Positions 40,541 through 50,756 of a stretch of 64,000 bases of DNA are shown here, one piece after another; positions within the stretch are counted from its first letter, which is position 1, and each line of letters starts with the position of its first letter. A model generated the notes under the pieces. It was not told where the DNA came from, did not search any database, and saw only the letters and a program-made list of their open reading frames with translations. Location of the stretch: the NCBI GenBank assembly GCA_044892525.1, contig CM097887.1, positions 79,214,397 through 79,278,396 of the forward strand. Reading direction: 5' to 3'. A program made the position numbers and the translations under genes. Origin of the DNA: Schmidtea polychroa. Lineage: Eukaryota.

Positions 40541-41794
40541 ACGAACTTGTGGAGCCTGTCAACTAATGAGGAAGAAGCTGTGAATTTTTTTCAAGATTGT
40601 AGTCTACTACCAAAAGAACGAAGATGCAAGAACTCACATCGCATGAAGCTGTACTTTGGCAAAGAAATCTTCTGGAAGTGTCAGGGTTGCAGAGGAAACC
40701 ACACCCGCTTGACTTACTAAAATGTCGTAATCGTTTAGTGAATTGAATAACATGTTTAGAGAAATGAAAGATTTTGATTTCGAAGAAACTTTCGCAAGCC
40801 TAGATTTCGTAGGATTTGACCCTGTTAGACTGAGAGCTGAAGTTTTCAGGATAGGGGAGGCGAGACAAAAGCGACTTTTTTCATATCATGAAGTTACTGA
40901 GTACCTTTATAAAGAGAGGCACAAGAATTAAAACCATAGCAACAAAAACCAACAAATAAAAATGGAAGGAATATTCAACTATGCTCGAAAAATACAACTT
41001 GGAAACCAGCCTAGAACCTGGATCTTCTGTTATCAGAAGATAAATTTTCGAAACGGCAACTGGTTCTCTCCATCTCGTCTTGCATTTGTCACTGTCGCAC
41101 GTTTTATCTACATTTGGGCCTGGGAAATGATATCGAGGAAGCTCGGAATCAATAATTTCACAACAAAAGATTGGAGTAACTACTTGAGGCAAGCCTGCGT
41201 TGAAACTACTGGCGAAGGATCAAGTGGAAATTGATGGCGAGTGGGAGATCGTGGAAGTTGATGAGTCACTTTTCACCAAGCGGAAGAACAAAATCGGTCG
41301 GGTGCTACCAAGGAATGCTTTCTCATTGAAGTGCTGGATCGAAGTGCGCCTACACTACTGACTGCAATTAAGGAGAATATTGACGAAATTGGACCATCAT
41401 ATACTCAGACAGCTGGGAAGCATATAAGACAGAAGAACTAAAGGGGACTGGATTTGAGCATTTCAAGGTCAACCATCGATATAATTTTGTGGATCACGAG
41501 ACAGACGCACATACGCAGACTTTGGAAAGGATGTGGGGATCAGCAAGGTGGAGGAATAAAAATCACAGAGGCACTGATCGTCACTTCCTGAAGTCTTACT
41601 TGGCCGAGTTCATGTGGAGAAGCAGTATTGGCGATGAGAATCCATTCGATGCTATTCTGGATGAGTTGAAGAATCTTTGGCCGTCTGCAACTGGAGAATG
41701 ATTATTCTGTTGTTTATTGCCTAAATTGGTTTAAAAAGAATTTTATAATTGAAACTTCATTTTTTAATGAGCTCGAGATAACCCGAAAGTACCC
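40541..41794 (+). mobile_element. Second Merlin-family transposon (transposase pseudogene ~40541-41701), interrupted by a viral-like insert
   Basis: (T)NLWSLSTNEEEAVNF..CKNSHRMKL..FWKC [insert] [68 protein letters not shown]. Start codon ACG. Candidate right TIR ..ATAACCCGAAAGTACCC ends at 41794; left TIR not found. Confidence 0.85.
40722..41030 (+). pseudogene. Endogenous viral element: Phenuiviridae-like (phlebo/tenuivirus) nucleocapsid N-terminal fragment
   Basis: Reconstructed with a frameshift at ~40869 and stops at 40728 and 40957: MS*SFSELNNMFREMKDFDFEETFASLDFVGFDPVRLRAEVFRIGEARQ/SDFFHIMKLLSTFIKRGTRIKTIATKTNK*KWKEYSTMLEKYNLETSLEPGSS. Colinear by eye with phlebovirus N motifs YQEL..QF, FAYQGFD, DW..D.KKM....TRG.KP..M..KMSKE, L..KY.L. 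No database search run. Confidence 0.75.
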
Positions 41795-42654
41795 ACAATT
41801 CTTTCCCCCGACCTATCATTTATATTCTTTTTTTACATCTCGATCTTGCATTAAAAAATTTCAATTTGTCCTCATTTAAATTAATTTTAAAATTATTTTT
41901 CCATTTTTTTGACAAAATAGCTGTTTGAATTCGATTATCATCTGTACTCTAAAACAGTATTTAAATCGTTTGCAAAGTTTTTCAATTTCTTCCTAGAACT
42001 TATCCGTGATTGATAAAATTGAAATTTGTTTGGCAAATCTTTAAGTTTATGTGAAAAATCAAATGCCCCAAAAAATGATGTCTGAATTTTTGGATGATTG
42101 ATTTACTCGAAAGTTTTCAAAGCATTTATGTTTGTTTAACTCAAAACTAAATTTCGTAACATGTGATATATAAAGTATTTAGACGTCATTGATTTACAAA
42201 CAATTTTGATTTCCAGGCTATTTACTCAACAGTTTTCAAAACAATTTTGGCTGTTTGATTCAGAACTAAATTTCTTATAAGATGATACAAATTATGCAAT
42301 ATATTTTATTTGAAATTCATGATACTATGTAATGTGTTTCAACAGTGACGACTTAATGCATAAGTATAAACAGTAACCAAGGGTTTATAAGGGCCACCTT
42401 GTAAGGATTCAGAAATCAACGCTACCCTCGTAAATAATCAAAAACTTGATCTGATCAATTACGAAGTTCACAAATCATGATAAAACAGAATAAAATGAGA
42501 AAATCCCCTCTAATTTCGACTCTTGTGAGAGGCAGTTTGAAAATTCAACAAATTTGAATTCAAATAAAAATGAGACATTTTGAACAGTTGAAAATTTAAC
42601 TGACATTTCATTAATTAATTTTCTGTTTACCGTAACTAAATTTATGAAACTTAC

Positions 42655-42747
42655 ATGGAACTCTTTTGTACTTAAGAATGTAATTTGGTGACATTTATTT
42701 GTCCAAACCAAATCATCATTTGATAAATAGTGCCAACTTTTGGATAC
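42655..42747 (-). CDS. FBXW7: FBXW7-like exon, second half of F-box
   Basis: VSKSWHYLSNDDLVWTNKCHQITFLSTKEFH (31 codons). Acceptor AG 42748-42749. Donor GTAAG at 42654, phase 0, matches exon 19615-20116. Confidence 0.88.
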
Positions 42748-42793
42748 CTTATTATCCTTGACCGTAAAACAACTAAATAAATTTAGCAATTAC

Positions 42794-42881
42794 CTGAGAA
42801 CATGTTAATAAATCTTCAATGTTAATAAATTTGAAAATATGGAAAAATAATTCTGTTGGAAGATGATTAATGTGATTCGTT
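42794..42881 (-). CDS. FBXW7: FBXW7-like exon, first half of F-box
   Basis: TNHINHLPTELFFHIFKFINIEDLLTCSQ fits the F-box consensus LPxE..IF.FL...DL. Acceptor AG 42882-42883, donor GTAAT at 42793, 46-bp intron to the next exon. Upstream exon(s) and start codon not located. Confidence 0.88.
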
Positions 42882-43607
42882 CTATTAAAAAATATACATA
42901 AATAAATAAATAAAATTTTATTAAATCATACGAAGTATTCATAATAAAAGTTCTAATAGCAAAAATTTTACTTTAGTTTATCTTTCATTATAGCTCAGAA
43001 ATATTAATTCAAACAAAGATTGCATTTCATAATTTTAAAATATAATTTTGCATATCTAAAAAATTAAATTTTAAAGTTTATAAATTATCATGATTATTAA
43101 CATGATTATTCTTTACAAAAATTAATTTAAAAGTTTCAAAAATTCATACAAATTTTAAACAAAGTAATTTTTAAAATTCAATATTTATGAAGTTATTAAA
43201 TAGATGTTCTCTCCTTTGGCGGATTTAGCTATAGGTGTGGGGGGGGGGGGGTGAGTCCCAAAGATAATTTTTATGAATGTGTACAAGCATTATGATTAAT
43301 CCGATCACTGACACTGACAATTTAATATATCTTTGATTTGGAAGAGCTAAATGGATTGAAATGTATTCTATTATCACTGCAGCATACAGCTGCTCAGAGT
43401 CACCGTTTATAGATTATTATTATTATTATTGATAGTACCTATTACTCTGCTATGTTGTTAAACATAGTTGATGCAGCACAGCAGCAGGCATATTCTTCAG
43501 TAGTGCAGATTACTGCTTACTCAGCAGTGCTGAGACTGCCACTAACCAGATGGCCTTGCCTTTCTCTTATTACAGTTTTGTCTGTGTACAAGTTCAACTG
43601 GATTTAA

Positions 43608-46172
43608 CCTTCTGTCTGTGCATTGGGGTTAAAAGGACCCCAGTCTTTGTAATAAGTGATATAATAAGTTTTTACACCAACTAACTATGTCAAGCAACTA
43701 GATTTGCCTCAACTAAGGTTTTACACACATATTACAAAAAAAATAATCAAAAAAACATTATATATGACGTAGCTACGATAGTTTTAAGCAATTTAATTAT
43801 ATATTGGTGCATTGGGGTTAATCTGACCCCAATTTTTTTGTTATGCATTTTGAATCAAAATCATATTCTTTCCTTTCTTTTGTATAGTTTTTTATCAATA
43901 GTTTCGAAAAGACTCACCATTTTGTATTTAGTATTACATTTCTTTGTGTTTTAGGGGATTATTATATATTATTAATTATATATTCATATAAAAAACTATT
44001 TGGTGACTATTTTTATAAGGTGAGAATATTTATATATTTTTGTGGTTGTTTTGTGTAGTCTAATTTTCTAGGTATATAATAATTTGGATTGTTATTTAGA
44101 TATGGCCCAAAAAAGACAAACTAGCCAGGATATTCGAAATCTTTTCGAAAGTATAATCGATTCTGATGAGGAAGAGCTAGCAAATGATAACTTTGATAGT
44201 GACTTTTCTGATCTCGATATAGCAACAGATGAAGCTGCTGTTGAAATGCAAAATATAGAAACTGATGAAGAACAAGAACTACAAAATATAGAAACTGATG
44301 AAGACCAAGAAGTACAAAATATAGAAGCTGAAGTGGAAGAAGAAGGAATTTGGTATTACGCGCAAAATAAAAAGTACAAAAGAAAATGGAGGGCAAGTCC
44401 ACCAAATGTAACTAGAGTTCGCGACTTTCAGATCTTGAGAGAAAAACAAGGAATTTCTCTTGAAACAGCTCGAAATATAAATACTCATCTGGCCGCGTTT
44501 AAAAAAATACTTCCCGAGACATTAATAAATGTAATAGTGGCCGAAACAAATAGAAAAGCTCGGCATTTCTACACTATAAATAGTAACACTGCACGTATTT
44601 GGTATGATACAAATTCAAACGAAATTTATGCACTGATTGGTATACTTATATACGCTGGGGCTCATAAGAACTGGGATGAAAGATTGAATGAATTATACCA
44701 TCTGGATAACCGTCCTTTTTATCGGGCTGCAATGTCATTACAAAGAGTGCAGCAGCTTTTACGATTCTTGCGCTTCGACAATTATCAAACTAGAGCAGAA
44801 CGTTTGAAGGAAGATAAGCTAGCAGCTTTCCGTGATGTATGGAATATGTTTTTGGAAAATATCAAAGGACCTTATAAACCATCATCATTCTTAACTATAG
44901 ATGAACAACTAGTATTAACGCGTGGCCGATGTTCATTCAGACAATATATACCATCAAAGCCAGGCAAGTACGGGATTAAAATTTTTTGGATTTGCGATGC
45001 ATTGAATTCGTACCCATTGAAAGCAGAAATTTATGTAGGCAAGCAACCGAATGAGGTACGTGCGGTTGATTACGCATTAAATTTAGTTCATAGATTGTCA
45101 GCACCATATATCAATAAAGGACGAACTATAACTATGGATAACTTTTTTACAAGCTGTCCATTAGCAGAACAAATGTTACAGAAAAAAACAACAATAATTG
45201 GAACAATTCGCGCAAATAAACCAGATCTACCTAAAGAATTTACGAACAAGGCCGAAATTAAGAACCGAGTCGTGAATTCATCCAAATTTTGCTTCGATGA
45301 TCATCTGACGTTGGTAAGTTATGTTCCGAAGCCCAACAAGAATGTATTGTTACTATCCACTCTACACAATGATGATATTGTTGACCTCGATTCAAATAAA
45401 CCCAATATCATATTGGACTATAATAAAACGAAGGGAGGGGTTGACACACTCGACAAATTAGTTCGTACCTATACCTGCAAAAGAAAGACCAAACGATGGC
45501 CAATGGTTTTATTTTTTAATATGATTGATCTCACAGGTATAGCTGCTTATAACCTGTACAAATGTGCCAATCCACAACTATTCATTCAGCGGAAAAGCAA
45601 TGAACGTAAAATCTTTTTGAAGGAGCTGGCTATGCAATTGGTAAAGGATTATATATTAAACCGAATATCGAACCCACGGGCAATGAAAAAAAATGTTAAA
45701 ATCGCTGTTCAGCAAATAGGATATAATATAATAAACCTTACACAGAGTTCAACAGCCGAAGGAACAGCGGCAAATAGATCTGTCAGTAAGCGACCAAGAT
45801 GTTATATTTGCCCTCGATCCGCTGATAAGAAAACAGGAACAAGATGTTATGTTTGTAATCAGCCATCTTGCAAAACACATATAAAAACCGTTTGCATAAA
45901 TTGTATCAACGAAGAAGTAATGGATTCGCTCGAAGAAGAAAACAATGAAATTATGTCAGACGATGCGTCTGGTTAATTTTTTTTATGTAATATAATATAA
46001 TTTAAATTATCTTAATCTTATATATTTTGAATAAAAAAGTTTTTTTCATTAATTAATAAAAATAACATGACTATTTTTTAACAAAAAGATCATAAAAAGC
46101 ATTAAAATATATATGGGGTCGGGTTGACCCCATGCACAGACTATGGAAAATTTACTATACACAGACAGAAGG
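43608..46172 (+). mobile_element. Full-length autonomous piggyBac transposon, 2565 bp
   Basis: TTAA TSD at 43604-43607 and 46173-46176. 13-bp perfect TIR CCTTCTGTCTGTG / CACAGACAGAAGG. Internal inverted repeats TGTGCATTGGGG..GACCCCA adjoin the TIR on the left and are offset on the right (46114-46140). Confidence 0.96.
44102..45976 (+). CDS. Intact piggyBac transposase, 624 aa from first ATG
   Basis: TIDEQL (D1), TMDNFF (D2), KGGVDTLD (D3), YIPSKPGKYGIK, C-terminal cysteine-rich domain CYIC..CYVC..C..H..C..C. Acidic N-terminus with three 33-bp QNIE(T/A) repeats. No disruptions. Confidence 0.95.
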   Translation: MAQKRQTSQDIRNLFESIIDSDEEELANDNFDSDFSDLDIATDEAAVEMQNIETDEEQELQNIETDEDQEVQNIEAEVEEEGIWYYAQNKKYKRKWRASPPNVTRVRDFQILREKQGISLETARNINTHLAAFKKILPETLINVIVAETNRKARHFYTINSNTARIWYDTNSNEIYALIGILIYAGAHKNWDERLNELYHLDNRPFYRAAMSLQRVQQLLRFLRFDNYQTRAERLKEDKLAAFRDVWNMFLENIKGPYKPSSFLTIDEQLVLTRGRCSFRQYIPSKPGKYGIKIFWICDALNSYPLKAEIYVGKQPNEVRAVDYALNLVHRLSAPYINKGRTITMDNFFTSCPLAEQMLQKKTTIIGTIRANKPDLPKEFTNKAEIKNRVVNSSKFCFDDHLTLVSYVPKPNKNVLLLSTLHNDDIVDLDSNKPNIILDYNKTKGGVDTLDKLVRTYTCKRKTKRWPMVLFFNMIDLTGIAAYNLYKCANPQLFIQRKSNERKIFLKELAMQLVKDYILNRISNPRAMKKNVKIAVQQIGYNIINLTQSSTAEGTAANRSVSKRPRCYICPRSADKKTGTRCYVCNQPSCKTHIKTVCINCINEEVMDSLEEENNEIMSDDASG

Positions 46173-46407
46173 TTAAGCAACTCCAGCTGTTACGTTGCAT
46201 CATATTAAGAATATTGCATAGCTCCAGTGAAGAACGACTGTTTGAAGTTTTTAAGCTTGTATAGTGTTTGTACATAAATCTAACCATAATAATTATTGTC
46301 AATTTGGACTTTTTGACAAACAAATTATTGCGTTACTATGGAAATATTAAAATAATATTCAATATTGAATTAAAATAAAATTTAAACTAGTCAGCTGGTG
46401 ACACTAA

Positions 46408-49103
46408 TGAAAGCAAAGCAGTTACCAAATTAAGTGGATCATCTATGTGTAAATTGGCAAAGGAAGCCAGTCTCAAGGCAGATGCTAGCAAATATATTAA
46501 GTTAACATCATTTATAACTAAATAGTGTAAACTGCCAGTAGTTCAATCAACTGAAGTTTCTGCTAAAAATGAACATGTATTTGATGATCACACACATCTA
46601 CGCATTCGAGTTCCTGTGCTGAGGCTGCTGAGACAGAAACATCATCTGAAGTTCTTGTTGAAGATGAGCAAGTACTATCTGTAGTTGATGAACAACACCC
46701 AGCTATACATTCATGTGCAGAGAATACTGAGACGGTAACATTACCTCCTCAGGGCTTGAAGTATAATCAGGGTGATTCAGAATTTGATACAGTGGAAAAA
46801 CAACTTGCTTCAGACATTTTACAAGAACCACTTCTTCCTCAATCCGACTTTCCTACAGATCCAGGACTCTACATTAATACGAGCATAAGCTCGAAACTGA
46901 TACGAAAATTGTTTGAAATCGGACCAATGAACTATTTCAATTTCCGAAAGATGAATTGGGCGCAAGTTTCAAATTTCTTGGTACACAAAATGTATTGGAA
47001 AAGGTAGTATAAAGGAGGAAAGAAATTGGCCTGTCTATTCACCAACAAATCAAAAAATGCATTGCCAAGCTTGCTGGTTATTCGCTGATTGTAAAACTGA
47101 AAATTATAGCAAGGAATGGTCCGACTCAAATTTTGGAGTTTATAACTGGAAAAAAGGCATGGAAAAATCGTTAAACATGAAACTTCCCATCAACATCAAA
47201 GTGCAATATGTCAATATTTGCTGGCTAAATATCGCATTTCAAATGATAAAACTGTGATATCTGGTTTGATCAGTCAGGAGCGTTATCAAGTGGAAAAAAT
47301 AGAGAAGTTTTGAAACGAATGGTAAATGCAACGTTGTTTTTAGCAAAACAAGGTTTGCCATTTAGAGGACACAGAGAATATTCTGGCTCTGACAGGTGTA
47401 TTAATACTGGAAATTTTCGTGAATTGCTATTTTTATTGGCTAAATATGATTCCAATTTGGACAATCATCTAAAGTTTGAAAAGAAAAATGAACTTTATTT
47501 ATGTCATGATGTACAAAATGGCCTAATTCAATCACTTGCCTCAGAATTATCCGCAAATATTGATAATGAAGTTAGGTCTGCAGAATTCTTTTCTTTAATT
47601 GTTGATTCAACAATTGATATATCCAGAGTTGATCAGATGTCAGTTTCTTTAAGATTAGTGTTAAAATCAGGACAAGTTGTTGAACGATTTATAGGCTTCT
47701 ACACGTTGGAAAACAGTAATGCTGCAGCATTTTCTAATATATTATTAACGGAGTTACAAAAGCGAAACATTGACATTACACTTTGTAGAGGACAGGCATA
47801 TGATGGTGCCTCTGTGATGTCTGGTATTAAAAATGCTCTTCAAACTAAGATAAAGATACTTTCACCAAATGCCATCTTTGTTCACTGTTGTTCTCATGCA
47901 TTGAATTTGGTGACTATTGAAGCAATGTCTCTTAACAGTGATGTTCAGTTGTTTTTTGGTACAACAGAAAAGTTGTATACTTTCCTTACATCAAGTCTAC
48001 CACGACTACATATTCTCGAAGAACATCAGAAGTCTCGATATGAATCGACAGTAGATACTCTAAAACGACTTTCTATTACAAGATGGGCAACCCGAAAGCA
48101 TGCAGTTGATGCAGTTGTTGGATCATTCTCCGCTATTATATCTACTCCAGAAAATATAAATTTTGGGGAATCAAAAGAACACAAAGGAAGTGTCAGAGCA
48201 GAAGCTATGGGACTATCTACTTTGATAACAAAATATTCTTTTGTTTTTCTGATGCTATTTCTACAAAAGCTGTTAGATAATATCTTTGTGTTATCAAACT
48301 ATTTGCAACGAAAGGACATTGATATTGCGTTTGCAAAACAATTGATTTATGTTGTCAGAAATAAGTTTGCTGATATGAGAAGTGATAAAGCTTTTGAAAG
48401 TTTAAATGTTGCTGTAAAATCATTTATTATCAAAAATTGTTCCTTACTAGATGTTGAAACAGAATTTAAAGAAAAGCGAGTTGCAAAAAGGAAACGCATT
48501 TCAGGTGAACTTAACAGAGATGAAAGGGTTGATGATCCAACTACACGCTTCAAATGTGAAACGTATTTCACTATCTTGGATACACTTGTAACACAACTAG
48601 ATGAACGTTTTAATGATTTTCATAACACTGTTGCTTTATTCTCCTATCTTGATCCATCACAAATATCAGAAGAAAATAAAGAATCTCTTCAAAATTTATG
48701 CGACATTTACAAAAACGATATTAATATTGAAGAAGCAATCCTAGAATATGATACTTTCAAATACGTGTATGCATCAATACGCCCATTACTATCTTGTGAA
48801 CTACAACTTAAAGAGGTGCTGCCTTTCTTGGTTGAAAAACAGATGGCGCCAGGACTTCCCAATTTGGCAATTCTCTATAAAATATACTTGACTCTTCCTG
48901 TTACATCTGTTACTACTGAAAGAAGTTTCAGTAGACTGAAAATCATCAAAAATTATTTGCGATCAACAATGACAAACGAACGTCTGTCTGGATTAGCATT
49001 AATTTCAATAGAACGCGAACTGGCTGAGAACATTGACTTTGAATCGACTATAAATCGTTTTGCTTCAATGAAATCACGCAGAAGCAATTTAAATAATAAA
49101 TAA
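46408..49103 (+). pseudogene. Tip100/ZMYM1-like transposase; 5' part frameshifted, 597-aa 3' part open (47310-49103)
   Basis: N-terminal KLAKEASLKADASK, broken TTF-type zinc finger region, LAKQGLPFRGH, FSLIVDSTID, GQAYDGASVMSG, HCCSHALNL, TRWA, LPVTSVTTERSFSRLK. Confidence 0.9.
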
Positions 49104-49416
49104 ACTTGTATGTTTGTTACATCAATAAATTTACTAGAATAAATTTACTGAATATAATGCTTTTTAATAATATTAGTATTCACTCAATACTCGCGAAAAT
49201 AAGTAGTACCATCTTCATAATTTGTGGCGCCCCCTGAAAATTTTCCTCGCCCCCTGAAAATTTTCCTCGCCCCCTGCCACGCACCAAAATCTAAATCCGC
49301 TACTGGTTCTTTCGGGGTGTATTCAAATGGGAACAGCATGATGGTACTTCTTCTAAAAAATAAACGAATTAAAATTTTTATACAGAAAAATCAAAAATGA
49401 GTAGTAGTTTTTACTT

Positions 49417-49484
49417 TAGGATTGCCGGTTTTTACCACACCGAACCAGAACAATCCCGGAAAACCTGGACGCCTGGCAACCTTA
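49417..49484. mobile_element. Tiny (68 bp) hAT-Ac-type MITE
   Basis: TAGGATTGCC...GGCAACCTTA ends (cf. TAGGGTTGCC). Flanks TTTTACTT / TTTTATTT (7/8 TSD). Confidence 0.55.
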
Positions 49485-50104
49485 TTTTATTTATATAAAT
49501 TCAATCATGCCGACGCTTAGGGTAGTGTTCTTTAATTATTCTAGGGTTTCTACATCACGGTGAATATTGTGAGGAAGGTCACTCACTATCGACCTAACGT
49601 TTGATGATCTTATGACGAAAACTTTCAACGATTTTCTACTAAAATGTCAAAACCAATACTTATGTTGACGAACTAACCCAAATTTATTTTCATTTTGTTG
49701 TATTTTTTACGTTTTTTCTTTATATCTTTAATATTGTAATCTGAATGATTTTACAAGATTAATTAATTTCGTATGTGCAATATATTATTTTTACTCGTTA
49801 CAAAGGAATAGCGTCTAATAATCCGATAGTTTCTTACATCCTGATTACGGAATCAACGAACCTAGTTATATTTTAAAATAAATTGTAAAACTATCACGGA
49901 GAGTCGTAAAGGTTTTATTTATTATGATAAATTTAAACTTTAGTGAAAATTATTTTGGAAGAGTTTATGCCAAACATCTAGAAATTGCGACTCGAAAAGG
50001 AAAAACATTAGAAACTGGCGAAAAGTCTGAAGCTTCATTGTCGAAAAAAGTAGGCAGTGTGGTTCAATAAAGCAAAACGTCTCAATCGTCCCAGTCTTTG
50101 ACAC

Positions 50105-50635
50105 GTCCAGCATTCTATCACTTTATCCATTGTCTCTGGTTTCCATTCGTTGATTTTCTCTTCGTGGCTCCAACTTGTTCCACATCTCTATAAGTTCTTT
50201 TCCCAGTTGTAGGTCGTATTGATCTCACAGTGTTTACTTGTTCAATAACCTTGTTAACTTTTTCTATCTTCTTTATAGTTTCTTTAATCTTTTCTGCCGT
50301 TTTGATAACTTTCATTTCAATTTCTTTTATGATTTCTTTATCTTTTATGCAATGTGTCACTAAACATTTCTGAATTTCCTCCTCATTCCAATTGTGTGAG
50401 GCCAATTTTTTCGTCATATTTAATATATTCTCTATAAATATTTCCGCTGATTCGTTACCTTGCTCGTAGTTTTAGGCCTCTCTTAAGTCATCAATCAATG
50501 ACGTTAGTCGATGAAAAGCTGTTCTTAATTTCTGTTCCACTGTTTTACCTTCTGAGGCTTCATATTCTTCGATCAAAGTCCTGTCCAGAGGTTTAATGAC
50601 TAGTACCATTCGAGTCTTCACTGGTGTCTTCGTTA
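50105..50635 (-). pseudogene. Probable LTR-retrotransposon gag-like remnant
   Basis: Broken frames ..EQKLRTAF../IDDLREA*NYEQGNESAEIFIENILNMTKKLASHNWNEEEIQKCLVTHC.. resemble a retrotrans_gag helical region. No LTRs or pol found. Confidence 0.45.
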
Positions 50636-50756
50636 TTTCGTTATTTACCAGCAGGATACAAAATACAAATCTCGATTACCTCAAAAGTGGTTTGAAGATA
50701 ATGAGGTTGAACTCTTCGACTGGCCTTCTAAATCGCTAGATTTAAACCCCATAGAA

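Larger units (their letters stand above)
43214..49305 (+). mobile_element. Tip100/ZMYM1-like hAT element carrying a nested piggyBac
   Basis: Left end CTTTGGCGGATTT (degenerate), right end AAATCCGCTACTG. TSD GTTCTCTC (43206-43213) / GTTCTTTC (49306-49313), 7/8. G-run near the left end and tandem CGCCCCCTGAAAATTTTCCT repeats near the right end. Confidence 0.85.

Noticed and set aside
40700-40712. Phenuivirus genome terminus (ACACAAAG) at the start of the viral insert
   Set aside because: Only ACAC matches (ACACCCGC), which is too short to claim.
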